DNA of 61,241 nt from Octopus bimaculoides (Eukaryota), in assembly GCF_001194135.2 (NCBI RefSeq), contig NC_068985.1:102490857-102552097 (forward strand), read 5' to 3'. The position numbers were made by a program, and so were the translations under genes. Every line of letters starts with the position of its first letter. The first letter of the stretch is position 1. The notes under the pieces are model-generated. The model was not told where the DNA came from. It ran no database searches and worked only from the letters and a program-made list of their open reading frames with translations. Below are positions 40,708 to 53,892 of this stretch, piece after piece.

Positions 40708-43700
40708 CACGCGTATTAGAGGCGCCCAACGTTTTTCAGTCGTAGTTAAAATACAACTCATCACATACATATCCACAATATGCTTGTGTGTGTTTAACTG
40801 ATATCTTTTTTTCTATTAATGTACGAGAAATTAAATTCATATTATGAAAAATCAAACGTTGCGATATTCATGCATTAACCTTCTGAATTATTGGCATCCA
40901 AGAAAAGGCAAAATAACACTGAAGGATATTCTATTGCGGATGGTAATCACAGAGGAATACACCAAGTAAAGGAGTGATCATCCTTTTCCTTCTTATTTAA
41001 GCACTGCAATCCAATTTTATTTGATCAGGGCATTACATTCTTTTATCAAATGCGTGAATGACGTGAATGAAAACATGTGGTTTCCGCATGAAATGAAAAT
41101 CCTGTTGCAGATTTTTACTTCTGTAAAAGTATATGTTGGAGTTTAATATGTAAATGTGATAACTGAGTTAGTATAACAGCCTTTCCATGCAGAAAGATAT
41201 CCAATTTTGTAGATAACATTCTGTAGGCGTTTTAAATTTCCCGCAAATATCTATTTCGTTATCCTGGAGTCATAAAGTCGTATGAAATAGACACACAAGT
41301 CAGAGTTCGTTCATAATGAGACACACTGCGATATATCATGAATAAACACAAGGTTAATAACTATGTAGATATATTAGAAATATCAAAGCCAAAAATTAGG
41401 TACTAATATATTGGAATTGAAAAATAAATTTATCAGATGAGAACTTTAACTTATGATAGACTAGGAATTTATCCAAACAAACATTTCTATCAACGCATCA
41501 TATCATTATAAAGAAACTAGAAAAACGCTGCATGCCTAGGAGCCACTGAAGCCAGGGGAATGAGGAAAAGGAAGTGAACAGATTCATAGAGATACGCCAT
41601 ATATTGATAGTAAATAACATTTCTCATTGCCAATCTCTTTTCACTGTTTTTACGTATTTCCTTACTCAAGAAACATTAGCCTATTTCCCCGGGGAATCTG
41701 ACATTGTTATCTCCATGTAGCAGCCTCTGCAGACAAAACAATGTCGACAACAATGGCCGACATTAAAATGGATGCAGAGAATCAACGGCTGCTAAGCTTT
41801 TATATGTTGCGCACTTAGGCCTGACGTCTCTGTTTCTAGAATGGCTTACGTTGTTCAATGCTTAATTAATTGGAGAAATCTCCAACGAAATTAAGCCCAA
41901 TTATTTACTGCATTTTCATTTCTATATGTGTCTGCATATCTTTAGTTGTATGTATATGTATATGTGTATCTCTATATGTATGCATGTATGCAGTTCTGCG
42001 TGTCTGTGTATGAGCATGTTCCTGTTAGTGCGTTAGTAAATGTAACCGTATGCCTTACTACTATTGTATTCATTACTAGATTGTCTGCATTATACTTATC
42101 TTACAGAGCATTTATTGCATAAATATATATACTTATGCATATGCATATACACACACACACTCACAAACATATACTAAATAGACGCATAGATACTGGTGTG
42201 TTTGTATGTGTGCGAACATGTGGAAATAAGTCTTCTAAACGCTTTACGAAATGGCAGAAGAATAACATGTAATGTAATACTGGAAATTCCAAATCCTCTC
42301 TTATCAGGCTACCAAGTTAGATATAGTACAAATATTTAGAAAATCTTGGCAGCTGAAAGGTTTGGAGTTCGAGAACCTTAATCAGTACTTGACCTGAGAA
42401 TTAGTATTAGTAATGAGACATCATTTCAGGTGCATATTGATAAAACATAAACATAGATGACCAACTGGGTGACATTGTAAGAACTTTTAGAACTTATGGA
42501 TAGGAAAATATAATGGTTCTCGGGGCGTCATTTCTTATCAGCTTTCTGCAATATTTTTGCCAATTATGGTGACCATATGGTGGAACGTAAGGAATTCAAC
42601 GCTGCTATACAAAGAACATTGCTTCACGGCAGTTCGTTAGCTGCTCAGAAGGGATAAAAAGAGTCTAAAGCCTAGAGCGAAGTGACACATGAGACAGAAA
42701 TTCCTGGCAGGATTTGCACTAGACTTTGGCATTGAAATCTGTGTTATACCCTGGACACAGTGCCACTGCATAGTTTCAAAGATGCTATCCGCGCCATTCT
42801 GATTTAGGACCGGATACTTCAATAGCTTGGGTTTCAATTACCCCGAAAACCTTGATGGGGATGTAGATGCCTCCAAAAAGCAACAGCACCTTCTCCTGTC
42901 AAGAGTTCTGCATGAAATTACTCCGTATGAAGAAATAAGTGATGGCAGCAAATTCGAACTTCATTTATTCACCAAATGCCATTTATTGAAGGAGGATCAA
43001 TAAAGTGTAGCAATACCAATGGTGGTACACCAGTATAGCCACAGTTTACGAGCAGTTCCTGTTCTGAACGAGTTCTAGCCATAGGATATTCCCTTAGAAT
43101 ATCAAATCGTTGAACAACTTTTAGAGTGTGCAAAACAAATAACAAAATTACCCAAAGTAAACAACTCAGCTACTTACTGACGTTAGCCACTTTTCTCTCT
43201 TTTTTTTTTTTTTTTCGATGGCTTAGAAGCCGAGTACATCACTCCTCATATTAATTATCCAAATATACACTATTAGAAGAAATTAAGAATTTACCTCTCA
43301 AATTTAATTGGCACAATGAGAAGTGTAGTCCAGTCTTTTTCATAGACAGTACACAACTACGGATATATTTCAGCGTATTTTATTTTACCAGTATAGTATT
43401 GCCTAACCTTAGCGACCGTACAGTTGTCGTTGAATCAAATATAATTTTGAGCAGAATAACTCACTTAAATATTAAATAAGCAAAGAGATAGAGCTCATAT
43501 GCGCCAAAAGCAAAAAATTAGATAATTAAATTGAAGAATGAGGTACTGGATGGCATACAAAAAATATTTTTAATTAATTGTAATTACCCTCGAAGTTACA
43601 TAAATTTAATAAAATTATGCCGTCAATAAGTGGTGAAGTTATTTTTCTTAACTAATTTCGTTTCTAATTATATCGTCCTAAAATGTGAACAACTATTATA

Positions 43701-44099
43701 TATTTTCAGCAAGTGTTCTCCTGCTAAAAGATGCTATGCTTAAATTATCCCGTGGCCAAAGGTCTACACAGAATACAAACTCCTTAACTGATTATAGATA
43801 AAAATAAACATACTCAACCAACAAAACACAAATATGTATACTTGCGTATATATATGTATGTGTGTATTTGTATATGTATTCCTGTATATATATGTATATA
43901 TATATGCGTGTGTATATATACAAATGCGATGCGCGCGCGCGTGTATGTGTGAATATCTCCACGAACGCAAAACTGAAGATAGCATGAGGAAATCAATTTA
44001 TTACTCAATGGATACAACGATATGAGTAGTGTTGCTTTCATTCGTTTCTTGACTTACTCGTGTAGACATACATACATACATACATACTTGTATTTTGTT

Positions 44100-45030
44100 A
44101 CTCCACTAATAAATAATATGATACCCAAAGCGTATCTTCGATACTCGATCTCCAAACTCCTCATTAATGATCCATAGATGTCCTCTTTCTTTTGTATTTT
44201 TCAAACCACATTGGAATCCAGAGAGCAGTTGATTTCCACTAGAAGACAAATCTCACACATAATGTTATTTTGTGAGACCTTTTGGTCTCACACAACAATA
44301 TCTGGTCAGATGTGGTTAAACTTAGAGTCTGTTTTAATTGTTAAATATCCCCAATATTCTTGTGTCCCACGGTCTCATTATGCCCAAATTTGTAGGCGAT
44401 TTCTTACTTGTTATTCTATTCTAAATCGTTCTGGCCACGACATCATGCCTCATGGGAAGATAACATCTTGAAGACATTCTCTCACAGTTAGCAATAATCT
44501 GTCTGGTGGCATTAGTGTTGGTATTTCACATGTTATGCCTTTATTACATGGAAATAACCTTTGAATAGAGATGTTATAAACTTGTCGGCTCTCTATAGCA
44601 AAGCTCTTGACAAGTTCAATCCCGGCTATGATTCGCGTTTTCGTGCTAAATACCCATGTACTATCTTCTCAGTGAACTGGTCCATATCATTTGTAATTTA
44701 TTCTTCTGATAAACAGATTTTGCGAAAGATCTGTATCAGCTCTTACTTCATACTGCTTCTCAAGTTCATTAGCTATACTAATTATATTATTAATTTCCAG
44801 GTCGAAAACTTGGCTAAGATAGGTACTGGTCTCTTTCCTCGGTTGCCGATATTGTTTCAGTGTTACCACACGTGCTTCATATGACATGAATACAGATCTG
44901 AGACCGCTATCACCATCCATGCGTGGGAAGGTTAGCCTATCTACATCTCCATTGATGCTGAAGTTTCCTGAATCTGAGCCGCTTGCGAGATCGAACAACT
45001 ATCTCATTCAGTTCATGCAGTGACCAGATC
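44100..45030 (-). pseudogene. RLE-type (R4/Dong-like) non-LTR retrotransposon 3' relic
   Basis: Frameshifted minus-strand peptides: WSLHELNEIVVRSRKRL, SGNFSINGDVDRLTFPRMDGDSGL (DVDRLxxPRxxGGxGL motif), QIIANCERMSSRCYLPMRHDVVARTI (zinc-knuckle/RHD), PDIVV..CLLVEINCSLDSNV (PD..(D/E) nuclease), EDIYGSLMRSLE. Confidence 0.78.
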
Positions 45031-45654
45031 AGAAGATCAAACGTAGGTGCAAGGACAGGCACTGCAAAAGTGTATGCATTTATGTACGTATGTATGTATG
45101 TAAGAATGGGTGAATGAATAAACGAATGTGTGTGTATGTAGATAGATGCGTGGGTGGGCGGATGGATATATAAATAGACAGACAGACATACCGAAGAACA
45201 GACGGAGTTTGATAATACCTAGAACTAACCGAAGAAGCAACCCTGTAGGGGAAGTCGGTAAGTGTAATGTGCATGTTTACAAGAGAGAGCGAAGGAGAGA
45301 GAGTGAGAGAATGAAAAGAGGGTAAAAGAGAGGAACGGAGTCAATGAGACTGACAGAGAGAAGGTTCAGTGCATCTCTTTGTAAATGTGAGTATTCTGTC
45401 TCTCCATGCCTCTCCCTCTCTCTCTATCTATCTCTGCCTCTATCGGTGGGAACACACACACTTAAACACACAGAAATATACACACTTACACCATACATCT
45501 GAAATTTGAGGTTATCGTAGCAAACCAGCTGTTTCCTTCTGTGCGATCTAATCAAGCAGACTTTGCATCGTTGCTTGTTCAACCTCCAAACCTATACATT
45601 TCTATTATGTCGCTACTTTGTATAAGTTTCTATTTATTGCCACCTTGCTTGGCT

Positions 45655-46215
45655 GATTTGGTCAGACACGTTGTTGCTGTTGTCGCCGTCGCCGATGTGG
45701 TCGTCGTGGTCGCTGTTGTTGTTCATTGTATAAGAGAAGACAATGGCGTGATCAGTTTGTGGTGGCAGTCGTAGTGGCATCAGCGCAATGGTGGTGGCAG
45801 TGGTTTCATGACGCTGATAACTGTGCTGTTGACGATGGAGGTGATGCCGATGGTGGTAGTGATGGTGGTGGTGGTGATGGTGGAGATGGTGGTGATTAGG
45901 GTGCTAATGAGGTTCTTGTGATTTTTCTTGCGGCAATTATTTTTAATGATGTACTTTTTGATCTTACTAAACTCAGTTGTTAATTGTATACATGTAGTTT
46001 TCGTTTAGTGTTATGTGTAGTGTTATGTGTGGTAATAGTGGTGAAGGTGGTGGTGGTTATGGTGGAGGTGGTGATGAGGATGATGATGATGAGGATGAGG
46101 ATGATGATGATGACGATGATGATGACGACGATGATGATTACGACGACGGTGACAACGAGGAAAATGACAATAACGTTCTTGCTTGCGATGGTAAGGATAA
46201 AATGATGATAGTGAT
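45655..46215 (+). repeat. Degenerate (GTC/GGT/GAT)n trinucleotide region
   Basis: Directly visible; yields Gly/Asp-rich low-complexity ORFs. Confidence 0.9.
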
Positions 46216-46279
46216 TAGGTGCGATAAATATGTGTGTGTATGAATGTATGTATGTATGTATATATATATACACACACAC

Positions 46280-46312
<33 letters not shown>

Positions 46313-46541
46313 NNNNNNNNNNNNNNNNNNNNNNNNNNNNNNNNNNNNNNNNNNNNNNNNNNNNNNNNNNNNNNNNNNNNNNNNNNNNNNNNNNNNNNNN
46401 NNNNNNNNNNNNNNNNNNNNNNNNNNNNNNNNNNNNNNNNNNNNNNNNNNNNNNNNNNNNNNNNNNNNNNNNNNNNNNNNNNNNNNNNNNNNNNNNNNNN
46501 NNNNNNNNNNNNNNNNNNNNNNNNNNNNNNNNNNNNNNNNN

Positions 46542-46587
<46 letters not shown>

Positions 46588-46952
46588 TTGTTGCATATCT
46601 ATCTTTTAATGAAGTGAGCTACTTCTCTACTTTACCCGAAGTATCTTTTCGCATCTATTCGCGTTCGTATGTAGGTAAGGTCAGTGATTGTGATGGCTAA
46701 CGTGTTGCTCTCCTCGTTATTGCAATTATTCTAAACGAAGGAACTTGCTAATGTTGTAACTGATGCTCATTTTCACGCTGTTGATCATCTTAAAACATGT
46801 GTTGTAGCGAAGAATTCGGCACTACACATGCACCGATAATCAATTTCGCAAGCAATTGGTTATCAGCCGATGTCTAGTCATCTGTCTCTATTTAATATAC
46901 ACACCCAGAAAAACGAATGGAACACACAACTTCGAATTCCCTTAATATTGTC

Positions 46953-47130
46953 AAGGCGGCGAGCTGGCAGAAACGTTAGCAAGCCGGGCGAAATGCTTAG
47001 CGGCATTTCATCTGTTTTTACGTTTTGAGTTCAAATTCCGCCGAGGTCGATTTTGCCTTTAATCCTTTCGGGATCGATAAATTAAGTACCAATTGCGTAT
47101 TGGGCCTTGTGCCTAGAGTACAAAAGAATA
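46953..47130 (+). mobile_element. SINE-A monomer with the monomer-2 type tail, internally deleted
   Basis: Full head and domain, then gggccttgtgcctagagtacaaaagaatatt, matching 40141-40170. Confidence 0.88.
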
Positions 47131-48058
47131 TTATTCTATATATTTGTTACTGGCCGACATCGGCGTTTATTGTTGGTACAGTTGTTATTGTGGGTGTAAA
47201 TTTCTTGATAATGTTGAACATCGTTCTTTCCTCCGTCAACCATCATAATTCTTTTAGAATATGAATTTATTTACCGCACACCGTGAAAAGCTTTTCATTA
47301 GCCATGACCACACATTTTTGCGAAATTCTGGTAACAAATAATGTATACAAACATGTGCGCATGTATGTACGCATAATATAAGCGCACACGTGCGTCACAC
47401 CACACACCAACATACCATACCACACCGCATCACACCACCCTACACACACTAGCACTGACCACTTCCCAGCACCTACACCATCATCCACACACCTACACAT
47501 GCACACACGCACACGTCAGTGTCACCAGCCAGCTCCCTTCCACGCGCGCGCACACGCACGCACACGCACATGCACTCTCTCAAATACATACGCACGCGCA
47601 CCTTCGTTGTGAGATCACCACTACTTTATTATCTACCCTACTTCCTAGCTCTCCTGTGTGACCCCTCTGTCCAGCATTGTCCATGATAGATCGCTAGCCA
47701 AAATACTTTTTTTTCGATTTTCTGTCCCTGTTTATTTCTGTGTTTGTTTTTTTCTGTTCAAGAGCGTAGGCTTGAAACGTAAAAGATTGGCTCACTTCCC
47801 AAGCGTTAAACTAATACATCTGTTTGTTGTTTACACACCCATCTTCGTCTTTTGTTTTTTTTCTATACAAATTCTCGCTATATATACGTGTTCATGTGTC
47901 TGTCTGTCTGTCCGTCTATCTGTCTGTCTGTCTGTCTGCCTTGATACAAACTCATTGAGATGCGCACATGCGTATACCAGCACATATACACACGTTATAT
48001 AATTACGCTAATTTATAGCTGAAGGCTGTAGAAGTCTTTAAATCTGATTTTCGGATTT

Positions 48059-48345
48059 CGGCTGCGTGGTAAGGAGTTTGCATCCCAACTACATGGTTCC
48101 GGGTTCAATTCCACTATAGCCTTGTGACTGCTTCTGATCCATGGAAGCTGAAAGAAGCTAGCTGTATATGTGTGTCTATGTCTGTGTGTTTCTCTGTTTG
48201 TGCTTATCCTCCATCACCACTTGACAACCCGAAATAATAAGCACCAGGCTTAAAGTATAATTACTGACGTCGAATTGCTCGACTAAAATTCTGCACGGCA
48301 GTGCTCCGGCATGGCCGCAGTCTAATGACTAAAACGAGAAAAAGA
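48059..48345 (+). mobile_element. SINE-B, diverged, with internal deletions
   Basis: ggctgcgtggtaaggagtttgcatcccaactacatggttccgggttcaattccac head; short TG-rich middle; tail ..gtcgaattgctcgactaaa..gtgctccggcatggccgcagtc. Confidence 0.85.
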
Positions 48346-48485
48346 TTGACATATTTGATTATGATAAACTTGAACTGTGATGCTAAGGAATACTTTTAGT
48401 GCGAGTATGTTTGTAATATGTGTCCGTCCACAAATATTTGAAGGCTGATAGGTTGGACAGTGTAAATTGCATGTGTATTATCAAT

Positions 48486-49180
<695 letters not shown>

Positions 49181-50184
49181 GTATGTATGTATGTATGTAT
49201 ATATGTACGTATGCATGCATGCATGCATGTATGTATGTATGTATGTATGTATGTATGTATGTATCTATGTATGTATGTGTGTATAAACGTGGTTCCATAA
49301 ATTTGGATTCCGAAATTTGGTTTCATAAATTGGATTCTGAAATTTGAACGTAAACATAAATAAATCTAACGTCAAAGCAATCATTTAAATCAAAAGTTCA
49401 TGACACAAATCGGCTGCCAGACTACATCATTAATTATAATTAAAAAATAAATAGTGAAACAAATAATCTAGTTTGCTTTAAATTCGCACAAAACTACATC
49501 ATACAAGCATGCTGAGTAACCATTAGACAAAATTTACAGTTTAGTTGTCTAAAACAAAAAAAATTAGCTACATGAAAAATTTAATTTATCCCCACTCTAG
49601 CTATTTATACAAATCTTTCAACATTGTTCTTACAAGAAAATAGCTAGCAAAATTACTAGACAACCAGCCACAAATGCAGGGCTCAAAGTTCACACAAATA
49701 TTACAATAACGTAACTTAAGAGATTTTTGTACTCAACCAGATGCGACAGAGAAATTATTTAAATCTGACAAGCAAAAGTTCTGGCGACTTCCTGGAGCAT
49801 AAAATGAATCCATAAATGCCTAACACAAAGCACAAAGTGCATAAACTAAACAGGCAATCATAGCTTCCAGAATCCAATTGAGCGACCTTGTTTCACAGAA
49901 AAAAAACTGCCACAAAAACTGAGCGTACAATTATCTCTTCTTATAAAGGTTTGCCAAGGCCCAGCCAATTTGTTAGTTTCACAGTTTGGCTATTTACACC
50001 TAACATGCCCCATTTTGACAATGGATGTCATCCTGATCTTACAGTGCAGCATGCAAAACTGTCTGTTTACCTGTTTACCTGTTAAAATTTATAATGCAGA
50101 GTAGGTAACACTGTCCAATAATAATATTATAATATACTGATAACACAGGCCAAATTTTTAAGAAAACCTTAATTTCCTAACCAT

Positions 50185-50408
50185 GTCTATGTGTGTCTTT
50201 GTATTTGTGTTTGTCCGCTATCATCGCTTGACAACCGGTGATGCTTTGTTTATGTCCTGTAACTTAGCCCTTCAGCAAAAGAGCCGATACAATAAGTACC
50301 AGGCTTTAAAAATGAAGCTCTGGTTGTGAATGGTTCGAACAAACCCTTACAAGGCAGTGCACCAGCATGGCTGGAGTCAAATCACTGAAGCAGGTAAACG
50401 GAAAAAGG
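50185..50408 (+). mobile_element. Diverged SINE-B 3' tail
   Basis: catcgcttgacaaccggtg..tgtaacttagc..gcaaaagagccgatacaataagtaccaggc..gcagtgcaccagcatggc. Confidence 0.8.
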
Positions 50409-51985
50409 TATATATATAGACGTGTATGTATTCTCGAGCGTGTATGTGAGTACTCGCGTGTCGAAGCAAACGTTAAAATGATGCTATTCTACAGGAATAT
50501 GACGCATAGCAACGCAACACTTACTAATGGTTTGACTCCATGCTAAAAGTGGAGTCTTTTTTTTTTGAGAAGATGAAGTTGAATCGGTCTTCAAAAAATG
50601 TGCGCATGTATATGAGTGTGTGAGACATGTAAGTGTGTATGTGTGCGTTAATGTGTGCGTTAATGTGTGCGTGTGTGTTCTTGTATTTGTGTGTACATGT
50701 GTTTGAATATATCAGTGCGTAAGTCTATATTAGTTGTGCGTGTCATGAGTCCACCTGCTTCTGTATGTTTCCACATGCGTGTACCTCCGTGTATTTTGAG
50801 GTGAAGTCTCCTGAAATTTAAAATATTTTTAGTTTTTCTCTTTATACTTTGTGAGCTGAGCTATTCCCTAATCAAATTGAATGCGCTCGTTCTATTATCT
50901 GAAATACTTTAATCAGTTTTGGATCTTAAAGTCCATTAGGATTTCGAATTTCCGTTCGTTTTCATAATTAACTAGAGCTACCATATCGGCTCTCTTGTGT
51001 ATGAAGACTGTGTTTGAAAGATTAAGAACTGCTTGTTTAAAAGTAGAACTCCATTCACTCTATACTGTTTCACGAAAATGATAATACGCAACATTAAATA
51101 TACAGCCAAAAACATAACATTGCGTTATATTTTTTGTTATTATTTTTAGCCCTAGGTTTCATTAGATGCCGCAGATAATTTGATCATTTCCATTCCAGTC
51201 TTGAGCAACACATCCTTATATCCTGTCTTGCGTTCATTAGAAGAGCAATGTGTGATCTTCGAGATATTTTGCAGTTATTTCTATCAGCTCGTGTCTCATT
51301 GTGTTTCTATCGTCTCGTTTCTCCACACATAGAATAGTTAATTTGTGTGTAAAGGGAGTATTTAGTACTCTCCCGGTGGCTTTGCAAATGCCTCAGTGAT
51401 CTTTTAGCAGAATTGTTTCTTTTGTGTGGATATATTACACAGAGAGTGTTCTCTGTGCGTTGGTTTTCATCAACGTTAAATATTTCCGAAATATTGATAA
51501 CTAATATGATTAGATTAACTTTTATTACAGCGTGGAATTATTTCCGATCAGTCGGTATTTAAGCGATTGAAATAACGTATCCTTTAGTTTGAGTTGAAGA
51601 GGGAACTGGCGAGAAACTATGAACAGCTATTGATAAAACAGCTATGTATTCGTTCGACCTGATTGTAATTCAGCCACAGCTACCGTAAATATTTTTTAAC
51701 CTCTTAAAAACTCTGGATTCTCTTCATACCGATTAAATAATTCTTTCGACACTATGGAGGAGATGGAGACATCTGGATGAAACTATGCCAAACGCTGTGT
51801 TTCTCAAACGGAGCATGTGATCAAAATGGAAAGAATTCCTATGCGTTATATACGTGCTTTTCTCAGGCTGACGTAGCTTTAAATGATTACAGAATTTCAG
51901 AAAGAGATGTTTCCTTGTGTCACCCGAAAACTGTTCTACGATTCTGTTCATCTTTTTTACGATTCATGGTCTTTTCAAATTTACT

Positions 51986-52310
51986 TTAATGTATGTATGT
52001 ATGTATGTATGTATGTAAGTATGTATGTGTAGATAGATACATACATACATACATACATACGTACGTACGTACGTACATACATACATGGATGGATGCATAG
52101 ATAGATATATAGATAGAGAGAGAGAGAGAGAGAGATTCGTACATATATACATACATAGCTAAATAGATAGATAGATATATGCATACATACATACACACAC
52201 ACATACATACATACATGCATGCATACATAGACACACATACATACATACATACATACATACATGTATGGATAGACAGACAGACAGACAGAGAGGCAGGCAG
52301 GCAGGCAGGC

Positions 52311-52361
<51 letters not shown>

Positions 52362-52368
52362 TAGATAG
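51986..52368 (+). repeat. Compound (TATG)n/(CATA)n/(GA)n/(GACA)n/(GATA)n array
   Basis: Directly visible. Confidence 0.97.
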
Positions 52369-53230
52369 GTTTCTTTATTAGCCACACAGGGCTCAACACA
52401 GAGGGGACAAAATACAAATGTAGAGTTTTTCTTTTCGAGGGGGTCGAAAACAAAGCAGAAAAAAAAAACAAAAGTGGGGACAANNNNNNNNNNNNNNNNN
52501 NNNNNNNNNNNNNNNNNNNNNNNNNNNNNNNNNNNNNNNNNNNNNNNNNNNNNNNNNNNNNNNNNNNNNNNNNNNNNNNNNNNNNNNNNNNNNNNNNNNN
52601 NNNNNNNNNNNNNNNNNNNNNNNNNNNNNNNNNNNNNNNNNNNNNNNNNNNNNNNNNNNNNNNNNNNNNNNNNNNNNNNNNNNNNNNNNNNNNNNNNNNN
52701 NNNNNNNNNNNNNNNNNNNNNNNNNNNNNNNNNNNNNNNNNNNNNNNNNNNNNNNNNNNNNNNNNNNNNNNNNNNNNNNNNNNNNNNNNNNNNNNNNNNN
52801 NNNNNNNNNNNNNNNNNNNNNNNNNNNNNNNNNNNNNNNNNNNNNNNNNNNNNNNNNNNNNNNNNNNNNNNNNNNNNNNNNNNNNNNNNNNNNNNNNNNN
52901 NNNNNNNNNNNNNNNNNNNNNNNNNNNNNNNNNNNNNNNNNNNNNNNNNNNNNNNNNNNNNNNNNNNNNNNNNNNNNNNNNNNNNNNNNNNNNNNNNNNN
53001 NNNNNNNNNNNNNNNNNNNNNNNNNNNNNNNNNNNNNNTGCTAGACAACACTTGCCTCTCTACTCTCACCTTCCTTTTCAAGTGATACTTGAAAAAGTTG
53101 ATGAGAGATTGACCAGAGAGGAAAGTATTTGTCTCTAATCCTTTCAGACGCGTCCACCAGATGCATTCTTTGGCCATAGCCACAAGTACGATAAATACAG
53201 CTCTTCCTTCCCGTTTAAAGGAAGGAGGCG
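52369..53230 (-). mobile_element. 5'-truncated L1/Tx1-like LINE 3' end (ORF2 C-terminus plus 3' UTR), interior in a gap
   Basis: Stop-free 63-codon frame PPSFKREGRAVFIVLVAMAKECIWWTRLKGLETNTFLSGQSLINFFKYHLKRKVRVERQVLSS resembles the Tx1/L1 ORF2 C-terminal 'LxxAKxxIWxxR' region. Beyond the gap (52484-53038) the minus strand ends tgtgtggctaataaagaaac. Clade call is from memory; continuity across the gap is assumed. Confidence 0.62.
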
Positions 53231-53321
<91 letters not shown>

Positions 53322-53322
53322 T

Positions 53323-53353
<31 letters not shown>
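53231..53353 (+). repeat. (GATA)n array abutting the LINE 5' junction
   Basis: Directly visible. Confidence 0.98.
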
Positions 53354-53861
53354 TGTGTATGCAAATTGAATAGCAATGTCATAGGCTACTTAACACGAAT
53401 AGAATATTTTAACAAAGTTATTAAAAGCTAACAAATTATTTTTATTAGCTGCTACTTATGCACCCGTGTGCATGTGTGTGTGGGAGGTCGGAATAAGTAA
53501 GAGTGAGTAAGTAAGTATGTACTTGCTGTTTAGAGTCACGGATAAATACAGACAGAGAATACTTGATAAACAGATGGAACGACTGACACACAAACAGAAC
53601 GATAGTTACATAAATATACAATTATAAATACGCATGCATTATATGCCTGAATGAAATAGGCGCTAATAAATTATTCGGGAACAAAACGTATTGCCATAAT
53701 GAGTCAGTATGGGAAATATGCAAAAATATGCAAAGAAAAACAAATTATAAAGTACATATTAAACGAGAGAAAACATTTACATACTAAAACATACACACTC
53801 ATGTGTATGTATGTACGTATGTATGTATGTATGTATGTATGTATGTATATATTTATATATG

Positions 53862-53892
<31 letters not shown>

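Noticed and set aside
46013-46243. Gly/Asp-rich acidic ORF (GGGGYGGGGDEDDDD...)
   Set aside because: Derived from a (GGT)/(GAT)n array that grades into (TG)n; no unique coding flank.
49360-50100. A/C-skewed stretch suggestive of a LINE remnant
   Set aside because: No recognisable peptide motif in the frames I translated; many stops.
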